From Rebecca billardiae RCC1528 (Eukaryota; Protista; Haptophyta): a DNA stretch of 64,000 nt. A program made the translations under genes and the position numbers. The DNA lies in the NCBI GenBank assembly GCA_965240325.2, contig OZ251236.1:1612001-1676000 (forward strand), read 5' to 3'. The notes below the pieces were generated by a model. It was not told where the DNA came from, ran no database searches, and worked only from the letters and a program-made list of their open reading frames with translations. Positions 17,501-24,598 of this stretch are shown here, piece after piece (within the stretch, counting starts at the first letter, position 1; each line of letters begins with the position of its first letter).

Positions 17501-19917
17501 CTCTCGCCTCCATCTCGCCCGAGGGCAGCTTCGCACAGCGGCAGCCGCCCCAGCTCTCGCCGCGGCGCGGCAGCGACGGCGCCGCTAGCCGCGGCGGCGC
17601 GGAGGCGCTCGGCTTTGCCGACAGGCTCGAGGCGCGGCTCGACGACCTCGACGACCTGGTGGACGAGACGAAGCGGCGCGCGGCGCTCACGATGCAGAAG
17701 TACGCGCGCGGGCGCAAGGCGCGCGCCCTTGTCGACGAGGCCTCGCCCCAGTTCCGCGAGCGCAAGGCGCGCGCCTCGGACCGCACGCGCGACCACTCGC
17801 TGACCAAGCTCGTGCGGCTCGTGGGCGAGAGGCTGAGCACAGACCACTCGCTGCTCGGCATCTGGTTCGCCGACCCGGAGGACGCGAAGCGCGCCGAGCT
17901 GGCGCAGATCTTCTGGAACATCGCGATGCTCGGCCTCGTGATCACGTGCATGCTCTACGACGCGAGCGGCGGGCCTCCGGACGCGTCGGCGGCGCCGAGC
18001 GTCTCGCTGCTGAGCGCGGTGCTCACGGCGCTTCTCACCGCGGCCCTCTCGTTCCCCGCGCTCGCGCTCTTCCGGCTGCTCTTCCGCTGGGGGTACGGCC
18101 GGCGCTCGGCGCCGCTCTCGAAGCGCGTGTTCGCCACGTTCCTCCGCGCCGAGCTCGCGCAGCGCGAGCGCGAGCGCGCGCCCTTCTCCACCGCCGTCAA
18201 GACGAGCGTGCGCACCGGCGCGTACCTGCGGCCCGCGCTGCCGCGCACCAACTCGGACCGGCGCGGCGACGGCGGCGCGCTGCGCGCCGCCGCGCCCGCC
18301 GACCTCGAGCTCGCGCGCGAGTTCGCGCGGCGCGCGTCGATCGAGGCGGAGCGCTCCTCCATGCCGAGCATGCCCGGGCTCGCGCCGGTCACGCTGCCCG
18401 GCATGCCCGGCCGCTCGTCGCCGCGCGCCAAGCCGCGGCCGCCGCCGCCGCCGGGCATGATGGTGCGCCGGCCGGGCGGGCCCCGCGCCACCGGCCAGCT
18501 GCCGCCGAGCATGGCAGCGTCGATGGCGGCGACGGCGGCGGTGGCGGCGGCGGCGGGCGCTTCGGAGGGCGAGCGCACCGACGCGCCCGCCGCGGCCACG
18601 GCCGCCAAGCCGGGCAGCCTCTTCGCGCCGCGGGCGGTGGCCGTGCCGAGTGCCGACGCGTTCAAGCAGGCGCGAGTCACGCCCGTGCCCACCGCGGGCG
18701 CGCTCGACCCCGGCTCGTTCGGCCGGCACAGGAAGTCGGACGAGGACGAGTTCGAGGCGAGCGGCAGCTTCAACCAAGCGTCGTCCGAGCGCGCATCCCG
18801 GCGCGCGGTCGCCGCGTCGCTCAGCGTCTCGCTCCGGGGCACGAGCGCGCACGCGGAGGCGGAGCGCGTGGCCGCGGCCGAGCCGCCGTCCGCGCTCGGC
18901 CTCGTGCGCGACTTTGCCGACGTGGCGTCGAACCGTCACGGCCGCTCGCCGCACCCCGGCTCGCCGCCGCTGAGGCGCGATGACGCGCCGCTCACGCCCA
19001 GCGGCCTCGCGGGTCAGCGCCGCCCGCACTCGCGCCCCTCCTCGGCATCGTGCGCCGCCATCTCCGCCGCGTCCACCCCGCGTGCGAGCGCAGCAGACGG
19101 CGAGGAGGCGGGTGCGACCGAGGAGGCGGAGGCGGCGATGCGCACGAGCATTAGCGAGGTGCTGCCCACGCCCCCGCCCAGCCCGCCGCCGCCGGGCGGT
19201 CCGGCGTTCTCGTTCAAGACGGGGCAGGTCCCCGCGCCCACCGACCTGCCGCCCGCCGCCGCGCCCGCCGCCGCTGCTGCGGAGGAGGAGGCGGAGGGCG
19301 GCGGTCTGGACGAGCAGACGGTCGCGCTGCTCAAGCTCAAGTTCGAGGCGTTCGACGCGGACGACAACGGCTCGGTGGACGGCACCGAGTTCGGCGCGCT
19401 GCTCGAGTCGCTCGGCTTCCGGCTGCGCCCGCGCCGCGTCAAGCAGCTCGCGTCGGAGCTGGACACCAACGGCAACGGGCTGATCGGCTTCGACGAGCTG
19501 TGCGACTGGTACGAGAAGATGGTCGCGGACGAGGCCGCAAAGGAGGCGCGCCGCGCGGCGGGCTGGCCAGGCCGCGTGCGCCGCGTGCTGCGCAGGCTGA
19601 CGCCGCCGCCACTCGTCAAGCTCGTGCTCGCGTGGCTGGCGATGTGGGCCATCTTCGTCGTGCTCGCGCTGCTCGCGGTCGCGTACGCGCTCACGTTTGG
19701 CGCGCAGCAGACGCGCTGGCTCCTCTTCAGCTGGACGTTCGCCGAGGTGCAGACGCTCGGGCTGGAGGAGCCGGTCATCATCGCGATCACCGTGCTCGCG
19801 CCCATCCTCTTCGACCGGCTGCTCTCGCAGGGCGGCGCGACGGGCGAGGCGATCAACGAGCTGCTCGCGACGACCGTCGGGACGGCCGTCACCGCGATGC
19901 ACAACCTCTGCGGCTGA
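2560..19917 (+). CDS. Giant (5785 aa) intronless polycystin-1-like surface protein: signal peptide, 6 FG-GAP repeats, SPPP stalk, SEA-like module, IPT/TIG, REJ, GPS/GAIN, about 5 TM, IQ motif, 2 EF-hands
   Basis: Signal peptide MRVPQPVLLAAVLLAALPATRA at ATG 2560, in frame with ORF 2152. Six GD(V/L)(D/N)GDG repeats (~2680-3870). IPT-like PPGGPVGGGTAVTLVGSGF and SPASGDANGGTEVTIGGAGF. REJ-like INRPPYGGGLEVAPASG..LPLSYAF. GPS CVWWD..W..DGC..CACTHLTDF (~16860-16985). IQ AALTMQKYARGRKAR. EF-hands ~19340-19520. Confidence 0.9.
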   Translation: MRVPQPVLLAAVLLAALPATRAQTSPPPSPPPSPPPSPTAVVLGQTKISATQGGLAQALQDRDEFGTAVASLGDVDGDGVPDAFVGAPWDAINANIGGAGYVLLMNAEGTVKAETRIAEQEGGFTESFSGQAHFIGGSAAGLGDLDGDGVPDMLMAQGDKAGSTIWTLFLNTDGTVKSYVKIAPGEGDLADLGTDKFGNTVAVLGDVDGDGVVDALVGAGRRDTQSAFVLFLRTDGSAKGYQEISEAAGGLAASPFVNGTWGNAVCAAGDVNGDGIPDAAVGDEKYEDGGLKYGALYVLMLHRNGTVKAEAFISKDELSLLAAGHKLGSACEGLGDLDGDGVPDLAVGAKEAGSGEQGGVFILNLNSDGSVKASAEISQGVGGLSASGLDELDQFGSGLGFLGDLDGDGSPELMVGAPWDDDGFDKAGAVYVLTLATPPSSPKPPPSPPPSSPPPSPPPSPPPSPPPPSPPPSPPPSPPPPKAPPSPPPSPPPTPPPSPPPSPPPSPSPPKPPPSPPPSPPPSPPPSPPPSPPPSPPPLPPPSPPPSPPPPKPPPSPPPSPPPSPPPSPPPSPPPSPSPPKPPPSPPPSPPPTPPPSPPPSPPPNPSPPSPPPSPPPSPPPSPPPSPPPSPPPSPPPPSPPPSPPPSPPPSPPPSPPPSPPPSPPPSPPPSPPPSPPPPSPPPSPPPSPPPSPPPSPPPPSPPPSPPPSPPPSPPPSPPPPTPPPSPPPTPPPSPPPSPPPPSPPPSPPPAPPPSPPPSPPPPSPPPSPPPSPPPSPPPSPPPSPPPSPPPSPPPSPPPPSPPPSPPPSPPPSPPPSPPPPSLPPSPPPSPPPSPPPSPPPPSPPPSPPPSPPPSPPPSPPPPSPPPSPPPSPPPSPPPSPPPPSPPPSPPPSPPPSPPPSPPPSPPPSPPPSPPPSPPPSPPPSPPPSPPPSPPPSPPPSPPPSPPPSPPPPSPPPSPPPSPPPSPPPSPPPPSPPPSPPPSPPPSPPPSPPPPTPPPSPPPTPPPSPPPSPPPPSPPPSPPPAPPPSPPPSPPPPSPPPSPPPSPPPSPPPSPPPSPPPSPPPSPPPSPPPPSPPPSPPPSPPPSPPPSPPPPSLPPSPPPSPPPSPPPSPPPPSPPPSPPPSPPPSPPPSPPPPSPPPIPPPSPPPSPPPSPPPPSPPPSPPPSPPPSPPPSPPPSPPPSPPPSPPPSPPPSPPPSPPPSPPPSPPPSPPPSPPPSPPPSPPPPSPPPSPPPSPPPSPPPSPPPPSPPPSPPPSPPPSPPPSPPPPTPPPSPPPTPPPSPPPSPPPPSPPPSPPPAPPPSPPPSPPPPLPPPSPPPSPPPSPPPSPPPSPPPSPPPSPPPSPPPPSPPPSPPPSPPPSPPPSPPPPSLPPSPPPSPPPSPPPSPPPPSPPPSPPPSPPPSPPPSPPPPSPPPSPPPSPPPSPPPSPPPPSPPPSPPPSPPPSPPPSPPPSPPPSPPPSPPPSPPPPSPPPSPPPSPPPSPPPSPPPPSPPPSPPPSPPPSPPPSPPPPTPPPSPPPTPPPSPPPSPPPPSPPPSPPPAPPPSPPPSPPPPSPPPSPPPSPPPSPPPSPPPSPPPSPPPSPPPSPPPPSPPPSPPPSPPPSPPPSPPPPSPPPSPPPRPPPSPPPSPPPPSPPPSPPPSQPPSPPPSPPPPSPPPSPPPSPPPSPPPSPPPPSPPPSPPPSPPPSPPPSPPPSPPPSPPPSPPPSPPPSPPPSPPPSPPPSPPPSPPPSPPPSPPPSPPPPSSPPSPPPSPPPSPPPSPPPPSPPPSPPPSPPPSPPPSPPPPTPPPSPPPTPPPFPPPSPPPPSPPPSPPPAPPPSPPPSPPPPLPPPSPPPSPPPSPPPSPPPSPPPSPPPSPPPSPPPPSPPPSPPPSPPPSPPPSPPPPSPPPSPPPSPPPSPPPSPPPPSPPPSPPPSPPPSPPPSPPPPSPPPSPPPSPPPSPPPSPPPPSPPPSPPPSPPPSPPPSPPPPSPPPSPPPSPPPSPPPSPPPPSSPPSPPPSPPPTPPPSPPPPSPPPSPPPTPPPSPPPSPPPPSPPPSPPPSPPPSPPPSPPPPSPPPSPPPTPPPSPPPSPPPPSPPPSPPPSPPPSPPPSPPPPSPPPSPPPSPPPSPPPSPPPPSPPPSPPPSPPPSPPPSPPPPSSPPSPPPSPPPTPPPSPPPPSPPPSPPPTPPPSPPPSPPPPSPPPSPPPSPPPSPPPSPPPPSPPPSPPPTPPPSPPPSPPPPSPPPSPPPSPPPSPPPSPPPPSPPPSPPPSPPPSPPPSPPPPSPPPSPPPSPPPSPPPSPPPPSPPPSPPPSPPPSPPPSPPPPSPPPSPPPSPPPSPPPSPPPPSPPPSPPPSPPPSPPPSPPPPSPPPSPPPTPPPSPPPSPPPPSPPPIPPPSPPPAPPPSPPPPSPPPSPPPSPPPSPPPSPPPPSPPPSPPPAPPPSPPPPSPPPSPPPSPPPSPPPSPPPPSPPPSPPPSPPPNPPPSPPPSPPPSPPPAPPPSPPPPSPPPSPPPSPPPSPPPSPPPPSPPPSPPPSPPPVPPPSPPPPSPPPSPPPISPPSPPPSPPPPSPPPSPPPASPPAPPPSPPPPSPPPTPPPSPPPSPPPSPPPPGAPPSPPPSPPPLHPPAPPPSPPPSPPPSPPPQPPPPLPPPIPPPSPPPNPPPSPPPPSPPPAPPPAPPPQPPPSPPPPGLPPSPPPSPPPAPPPRPPPPSPPPNPPPSPPPSPPPNPPPPSPPPSPPPSPPPTPPPPGPPPSPPPAPPPQAPPPPPPTPPPSPPPSPPPSPPPLPPPPSPPRPPPFVPPPLPPSASPPPSAPPPSAPPSPPPLSPPPSPPGSSSYLGLTLDAEPSAYGTQAAQRALADGLASAAAIPAEWVGVVSVSAASVRVVLRVFQPSDPAAPDAAAALQALSAEGLGASLGVGVLVTPEPLVAGCSEPGAANYEPGVEVDDGSCVAHSPPPPASPPSAPPSPPPASPPPSPPPSPPPSPPPPSPPPLLPPPPRVAPFPPPSPPSPPPAPPPSPPPSPPPGAPPAPPPSAPPSAPPSEPPSAPPPAPPPSSPPQPPPRPPPRPPPPSPPPALPPPPRAEPFPPPAPPSPPPRPPPPRPPPSPPPSPPPLPPPPPPGTPPASPPSPPPPPPPHAPPLLPPSPPPSPPPMPPLPSLPPSPPPRPPPPSAPPSPPPPPRTEPFPPPAPPSPPPSPPPSPPPPSPPPSPPPSPPPSPPSPPPLPPPRDPPSAPPSAPPTPPPSPSPRPPPGAPPSSPPMPPPNLPPHAPPPHPPPSPPPGTPPPMPPPSPPPTPPPPSPPPSLPPPPRTEPFPPPAPPSPPPNPPPSPPPQSPPPSPSPPSSPSPPSPPPPPPPTTPPSEPPTTPPAPPPTPPPPPPPPAPPPRPPPVPPTPPPPPRTEPFPPPAPPSPPPSPPPSPPPSSPPPPPPSPPPSPPPGPPPHPPPSSPPPLPPPSPPPPPPPAIRVSVLGGSREGAPLGSDDAALELEGAGFDSLAGGAFGEIQCAFTRADGGGDGGGPLLSGATVLSDARLRCAMPAAASSGAPSAAGAYTVGLALGAVGASTDVDVSGLFGPVSFELYDMAAVSVLELRPPGGPVGGGTAVTLVGSGFAEYGEGQLCCVLGGGGCAAAATLLPPSAAAPTLSRARCVLPPPLGGAAGSVALELSLGGGSADSTTASALPFLAYDPPTLGSVSPASGDANGGTEVTIGGAGFDALAGGALLAVRFGDAPAQPPARVTAGEVVVSTRYGAAGRAQLRVSLNGQQFTPAAAATPPPAGALAFTFVGLHAPVLEGVAFNGAATLMVLRFDAQPTDRAGMGSGMGECSRVLDDDTVALVGGGAAAAAAAPPQCYWTDDSTLVARLSSATLVRAGSEVGVRAGALRPEQCGTPCAAALASAAARAAIDADAPCGEGVPCPTPVAAVSGPAVLSACPGASLALDGSASSRGGIGPAAFEWRVDPSRSARAASLNARLSALPARTPQLSLGGPGAASPTELGVSGSFVFVLRVTSFLGVPSAPAEWPVSRGDGASPILAIDGAPELRARASEPTLLSGRAELAPCWPPSFEPAMVFSWALEGAAQVGGGANASSSASAGELAAATDVLLARLASARTAVLQLPPHSLAAGWAYDLALTARMAAAPAQASTARVRVRVARQPLRAVIAGGDRRVPSSLRLAVDASASFDPDAPTADGGDGGMPPLSFAWSVANASSLEPVALEPSAANASGALFELAPGTLPPGVYALTVRVSAPGRAPAAASVTVEAVPGAVPTLGFEPLGRRKWPAVFDRNPERLTINARLDAASRALEAAGQARFSYEWSARRVGAAGALEPAGLDLADSERVTTTGAALRTVAIRSGALAPGATYAFRLAVLGGAQPAYTEVRVTINRPPYGGGLEVAPASGVALQTSFALYAAGWAEDDEEDLPLSYAFSHAPLGTDAVAAVAALGAASASASASALLPAGNRTLTVRVADALGGAAHAHAAVAVAPPGEGAGLLDSVLTRAYAAVATGAAETATQLVSALADALDATPAGGDNATVASATLAQLLELTAGAAEASAPTAEARAASASALAAVLEAAPPGAFDASAQTAGLEQVAALASQSAASGVDGPTAAALLRAADAALSADTDADAPLSAAEAEAVGGAATSAVGALAIALLAGAVSGEAPFEAVGKAINVSATRADAGALGNITLPGPGGAGSVGVPASVFGGVPLELLEGGVDVVLWSSARNVHGDPSTQANGTAVASGLVTPVFSVTLYSASAGLALTISDLPDEGRVLIEVPGLEGAGGAGEWGCVWWDEGASAWLDDGCETVVARADDGSLARYCACTHLTDFAGVAVPTDADAARTEVVEFNINTLSLDDAAAAVGVGSGPVLARNPYIFWLVVAMSAGCGLSVALFGARDLRDHARRKERIRRLLASEAGPAGGLPASPASPAKPSLFQRRAAKLQAEEDALFGGSPWRPAPADAPAAVGTHSRPASSSVPGPRLVAPADGGDAGGSVARAPAPLASISPEGSFAQRQPPQLSPRRGSDGAASRGGAEALGFADRLEARLDDLDDLVDETKRRAALTMQKYARGRKARALVDEASPQFRERKARASDRTRDHSLTKLVRLVGERLSTDHSLLGIWFADPEDAKRAELAQIFWNIAMLGLVITCMLYDASGGPPDASAAPSVSLLSAVLTALLTAALSFPALALFRLLFRWGYGRRSAPLSKRVFATFLRAELAQRERERAPFSTAVKTSVRTGAYLRPALPRTNSDRRGDGGALRAAAPADLELAREFARRASIEAERSSMPSMPGLAPVTLPGMPGRSSPRAKPRPPPPPGMMVRRPGGPRATGQLPPSMAASMAATAAVAAAAGASEGERTDAPAAATAAKPGSLFAPRAVAVPSADAFKQARVTPVPTAGALDPGSFGRHRKSDEDEFEASGSFNQASSERASRRAVAASLSVSLRGTSAHAEAERVAAAEPPSALGLVRDFADVASNRHGRSPHPGSPPLRRDDAPLTPSGLAGQRRPHSRPSSASCAAISAASTPRASAADGEEAGATEEAEAAMRTSISEVLPTPPPSPPPPGGPAFSFKTGQVPAPTDLPPAAAPAAAAAEEEAEGGGLDEQTVALLKLKFEAFDADDNGSVDGTEFGALLESLGFRLRPRRVKQLASELDTNGNGLIGFDELCDWYEKMVADEAAKEARRAAGWPGRVRRVLRRLTPPPLVKLVLAWLAMWAIFVVLALLAVAYALTFGAQQTRWLLFSWTFAEVQTLGLEEPVIIAITVLAPILFDRLLSQGGATGEAINELLATTVGTAVTAMHNLCG
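3870..12880 (+). repeat. Coding SPPP/SPPPP tandem repeat with higher-order 822-bp units
   Basis: Marker CCTGCCCCTCCG recurs at 4807, 5629, 6451, 7177 and 7999 (spacings 822, 822, 726, 822). A 441-bp duplication occurs at ~8530/8971. A non-repeat island lies at ~11000-11350. Confidence 0.95.
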
Positions 19918-19982
19918 GCGCGCGCGGGTCCGGGAGCTTTCGGCTGTCCAATCGCGACGAAACCGATTAGGCAGGCCTTGTT

Positions 19983-22126
19983 CTGGCGGGTTGAGACCCC
20001 GCCTTTTCTGACGAGCTCCGCGCTGGCGCGGAGCGGCGGGCGCTTTCCAGTAAAAGCGTCCGGCCGTTTCAAGCCCCGCCGCACCGGAGCCAGCATGGCG
20101 CCTCGGCCCTGCTGCGCCGTCCCCGCTTCCGCCCTCGCGCTGTCGCCGCCCCCGCGAGCGCCTACGCCTCCGCCGTCCGCACTGTAACGCGTTCCGTCCC
20201 TGTCTGCGCTGTCACCTGTGCTGATGCCACCCATGTTGACAGCCTCACGCCAGCTCACGCCGCATCATGTACGCTCAGTCTCACGGCACCACGGCCCGCT
20301 GCGCCGGCTTGAGCACTCCTGTGGACACACGCGCGCCGGCGAGCCGAGCGATCACGGCTCCAGTGGGCTCAGTAGATAGCCAGCACGTTGTCGCGGACTG
20401 CCATGCGAGGGCCGTGCAAACGCGCGATCGTCGTGAGTCCCGTCCGCGCCAGTGAGGCACTTGCTGCAATGATGATCATGATGTTGCACGTCGAACGTCG
20501 AGAGCCCAAGCTGTGACACAGGCTGCTCCTCGTGTTCACGGCAGAAGCAGATAGGTGGAGCTTTGGCAGCTTCGCCCACTCCCATGCTTCAGAGACTCAG
20601 AGTGCGTCCTGCTGTGTCACGAGGCCGCGTTCAGCTGACAGTAGCACCCGCAGCACGCACACGGTCACGCTGCGGCTGCGAGTCATGCAGTATAGGCGCA
20701 CTGTCTCGGCGCGTCACTCTTCAGACTGACCAGTGTCGACGCATAACCAAGCCGTGCCGTGTGAGCACGGTGAGTATGGCGCGCATGCGGCGTAAGCGGC
20801 GTAAGTGCCGAGCACGAGGCTTCGCCCGGCCCATCCAAGCTGATGGTCTCCGACTCGCGCGGAGAGCACGCAAGAAAGGCACCGCCGCGCGGCGGCGGCA
20901 CTCGCAGCTAAGCTACCTGTTCGCTGGCTCTTGCAGCAGGCCCAACGCAGGGTCGCCGGTCGAGATGTCACTTCGTAGGCCGACGCGACGACGCCCGGGA
21001 CGGTTGCATCGAGCTGAGCAAGTTACAGTAGCTTCTGTTGTTGTCACACTCACAGCGTCCAACTCATCTTCGCGCGCGCGCCGGTATCGTCCTCGTCCGT
21101 CGTCGTTTAAGTCCTCGTGGCGAGGGTGCTTGTCAACGGCGGGTAGCGCGGCTGGGGTTATTATGCCGGCGTGCGGGGGAGGCGCGCCACCACCTGCTGA
21201 ATGCTGCTCATCGACTTGCCCTCCGCACGCCGAGACTGGGGCACCTCCGCCGAACCGACCGTTGAGGCCAGATGTGCACCGCATGAGTGAGACGACAGAT
21301 TGCGGCCGAAAACCAAACAAAACCAACCCAGTTTCACATGGGCCGTGCCAAGTATGACCCCCACCAGCCCTCCCAGCGCGTCAAAGTGTGTCGAAGTGTG
21401 TCATACGGCTGTTGTTGCCCGACCGATGTGCCCGTCGCCAACCGCTAAGCCATCCCGGGTGGCGACGAACGCAATGCTTGCGCGGTGAACGCGGTGCGCA
21501 TGCTACTCATCTGGCGAAAAGGCTGCCATGAGGGCTCCACCCGGCCCATTCTAGTGGATGGGACTGGTGCACGTTGAACTGCTGAGGACACTCACCAGCT
21601 CGCCTGGCGTGCGCGGACGGCGGGGCGCAACGGGAGCGGCCGGATGCGCACCGCATGAGGGAGATGACGGATTGCGAAAATTAGCCAAAAACGGCCAAGC
21701 CAGTTTTGCGTGGGCCGTGTCAAGCATGACCCCCACCAGCCCCCCCAACGCGTCAAAGTGTGTCAAAGTGTGTCATACGGCTGTTGTTGCCCGACATGTG
21801 CCCGTCGCGCCCAAAACCACCCGGGTGCAAACAAGCAGCGCGCGTGCGGTGAGCGCGGCGCGCACGCGGCGCGCACCTGGCGAGACAGCCGGCCCAGACC
21901 CACCCGGACCGCTCCGATTCGCGGCGGCGGCGCGCGCGCCGTCATTGGCGCCCCCCGCGCCTCCGTGCGAGGGGCTTCGCTCGACGAGGTTGCGCTTCGT
22001 GCGCCGCTTCGCCATCGGCACGATGGCGGCCTCTGAGCCGCCGCTACTGGAAAGTGCCAGCCGCTCCGCGGCGTCGCCAGAAAATCGACGTCGCGGAGAT
22101 GAAACGGCTGGGTCTCAACCAGCCAG
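19983..22126. mobile_element. Non-autonomous Mutator-like (MULE) element with 9-bp TSD
   Basis: GGCCTTGTT flanks both ends (19974-19982 and 22127-22135). Imperfect TIRs CTGGC(G/T)GGTTGAGACCC.GCC, with further inverted similarity (GCGGAGCGGC..CTTTCCAGTA). No transposase ORF seen. Confidence 0.8.
21271..21890 (+). repeat. Two diverged direct repeats (about 370-bp period) inside the MULE
   Basis: ATGACCCCCACCAGCCC..GCGTCAAAGTGTGTC.AAGTGTGTCATACGGCTGTTGTTGCCCGAC occurs at ~21355 and ~21727. Confidence 0.85.
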
Positions 22127-22203
22127 GGCCTTGTTCTAGTAGATGAGTCGTGAGGAGTCCCGGCTTTTTGGCTCCGCTGCTGATGAACAACTCCGCTGAC
22201 AAC

Positions 22204-23310
22204 CCAAGGGTAGTAAGGGTGAGCAACTCCGCTGGCGACAGCCGCGAAGGTCGGCAGCCCTCTGTTTGCCGCGAGCGGAGCGGAGCGAGTGCTATCAGCG
22301 GCGGAGGGCGCTGAGGCCGCGCACGGCGTGAGGCGCGGCGTCGGCCGAGTCGGTCCGCGGAGGATGCGCGGCGCTCGGCCCGCTGCGCAGCGGCAGTGCG
22401 CCTCACTTTGCCCCGAGCGCCGTCCTCCGCGTCGCCTCCTTCCCGCCTTGGAGCAGCACGCATGTGCGCGCCGCCACCTTGAAGGCGGCACAGGCTTGCT
22501 CAGACGACCGCACGCGCGTGGCGCGCGACTTGGTCGGCTGCGCGCGCGCGCCGCCGCGGTGCAAGGTAGCGCCGCCGCATGCGCGCGCCGTGCCAGCGCG
22601 AGCCTTTGCTCACGGCCATCTCATGAGCGTAGTGCTCGCTTGTCTGCTTGCTCTCACGAATGATTTGCTGTGCCTCACGCTGGCACTCGTCGGGTCGATC
22701 AGCGAGGTGTTGAGTGACATTGGATACCCAGGACGAAGGCCTAGTCTTGTCTATTCCTTCTCAGCACGAATGTAAGTGGACGCTAAGGCTCCGCATCGAT
22801 GGTACCAACACTCTCGCCGCTGTCTTTTCCAGCTTCCCGTCAGTCCGCAAGTCGGATGCCAAGCAGCATTCGACATGTGTGTGAGGTCGCACTCAGGTCC
22901 GCGCACACGCTCTCGCGCTGGCACGGCGCGCGCATGCGGCGGCGCTACCTTGCACCGCGGCGGCGCGCGCGCGCAGCCGACCAAGTCGCGCGCCACGCGC
23001 GTGCGGTCGTCTGAGCAAGCCTGTGCCGCCTTCAAGGTGGCGGCGCGCACATGCGTGCTGCTCCAAGGCGGGAAGGAGGCGACGCGGAGGACGGCGCTCG
23101 GGGCAAAGTGAGGCGCACTGCCGCTGCGCAGCGGGCCGAGCGCCGCGCATCCTCCGCGGACCGACTCGGCCGACGCCGCGCCTCACGCCGTGCGCGGCCT
23201 CAGCGCCCTCCGCCGCTGATAGCACTCGCTCCGCTCCGCTCGCGGCAAACAGAGGGCTCCCGACCTTCGCGGCTGTCGCCAGCGGAGTTGCTCACCCTTA
23301 CTACCCTTGG
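22204..23310. mobile_element. Foldback element 1: 399-bp near-perfect inverted arms, 309-bp spacer
   Basis: 22204-22602 is the reverse complement of 22912-23310 (one mismatch seen). Termini CCAAGGGTAGTAAGGGTG. ORFs 22289(+) and 22893(-) are mirror images. Confidence 0.85.
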
Positions 23311-23315
23311 CTCAA

Positions 23316-24500
23316 CCAAGGGAGTCAAGGGTGCCCGCGCCCCAGTGGCGCGCTCGGCGGATGTTGAGACCAAGGGAGGTCCGGGCCGGGAGCTCCCAGC
23401 GAGCGGCCAGCGCGACATCACCTCAAGGTTTTTCCTGAGCGCCGGGCGGCAGCGGCGGCGAGGGCGGTGCTCCGCTGGCGGGGCGCGCACGGGGCACGGC
23501 GCTGCGGGCGCGGATGTGTCCGCAGAGCCGGCGCGTGCGGACGGGCTGTTGCGGGAGAGCATCTGGCGCCCTCCTGCGCCGCGCGCATTGCGCCACGCCT
23601 CTTTCGCCTTGACTCAGGGCAGCGCGCACATGCGCGCCGCGTCAAGGCCAGCCTTGCCGCACCGCAGCCGACCGCGCGCGCGCCGTGCGCGGCGTGGTCG
23701 GGAAGGAACGGGCGTGGCTGCCGGGCGAGATGGCGACATCACGTGCGCACGCCATGCCGCCCCGCCACGCCTTGACGAGCGTGTCGCCGGTCCGTTTGCA
23801 CGCCTCTTCGAGTTGTCTCAAATGGTCTGCACGGCCTCGCGGTCGCGACCCTTGTCGGGACGATCATTGAGACACAGAACAGTGCCAGACGGGCACGCGG
23901 ACTACTCTTACATGAATGTCCATCACCACGTGGCCATGTAGAAGTGCTGGGTGCGACGCTTTCCTCGCGCTGATGCACTTTCATCATCTTTTTCGAGCTC
24001 AGGTCTGGCTTCAGGCACGGCAAGAAATCAGCACTCGTCAACAGCTGTGCGGATCCGTTATCGCGCCCTTTCGCGGCGCCGCGGGACGACATGGCGTGCG
24101 CACGTGATGTCGCCATCTCGCCCGGCAGCCGCGCCCGTTCCTTCCCGACCACGCCGCGCACGGCGCGCGTGCGGTCGGCTGCGGCGCGGCAAGGCTGGCC
24201 TTGACGCGGCGCGCGTGTGCGCGCTGCCCTGAGTCAAGGCGAAAGAGGCGTGGCGCAATGCGCGCGGCGCAGGAGGGCGCCAGATGCTCTCCCGCAACAG
24301 CCCGTCCGCACGCGCCGGCTCTGCGGACACATCCGCGCCCGCAGCGCCGTGCCCCGTGCGCGCCCCGCCAGCGGAGCACCGCCCTCGCCGCCGCTGCCGC
24401 CCGGCGCTCAGGAAAAACCTTGAGGTGATGTCGCGCTGGCCGCTCGCTGGGAGCTCCCGGCCCGGACCTCCCTTGGCGCGGGCACCCTTGACTCCCTTGG
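23316..24500. mobile_element. Foldback element 2: about 387-bp inverted arms, flanked by CTCAA on both sides
   Basis: 23370-23756 is inverted at 24090-24476. Outer CCAAGGGAGTCAAGGGTGCCCGCG is at 23316 and inverted ending at 24500. CTCAA at 23311-15 and 24501-05. Exact termini are ambiguous. Confidence 0.8.
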
Positions 24501-24598
24501 CTCAACCCCGCCGCCTGCTCGGTCACACTCAACAGGCGTGGAAGGTAGTAGCAAGAAGGTGGGCCCACCACCCGCCCGCTTCGTCCAGACACCGCGCC

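Noticed and set aside
22289-24428. Pairs of identical ORFs on opposite strands
   Set aside because: They are a by-product of the inverted arms and have no protein-like features.
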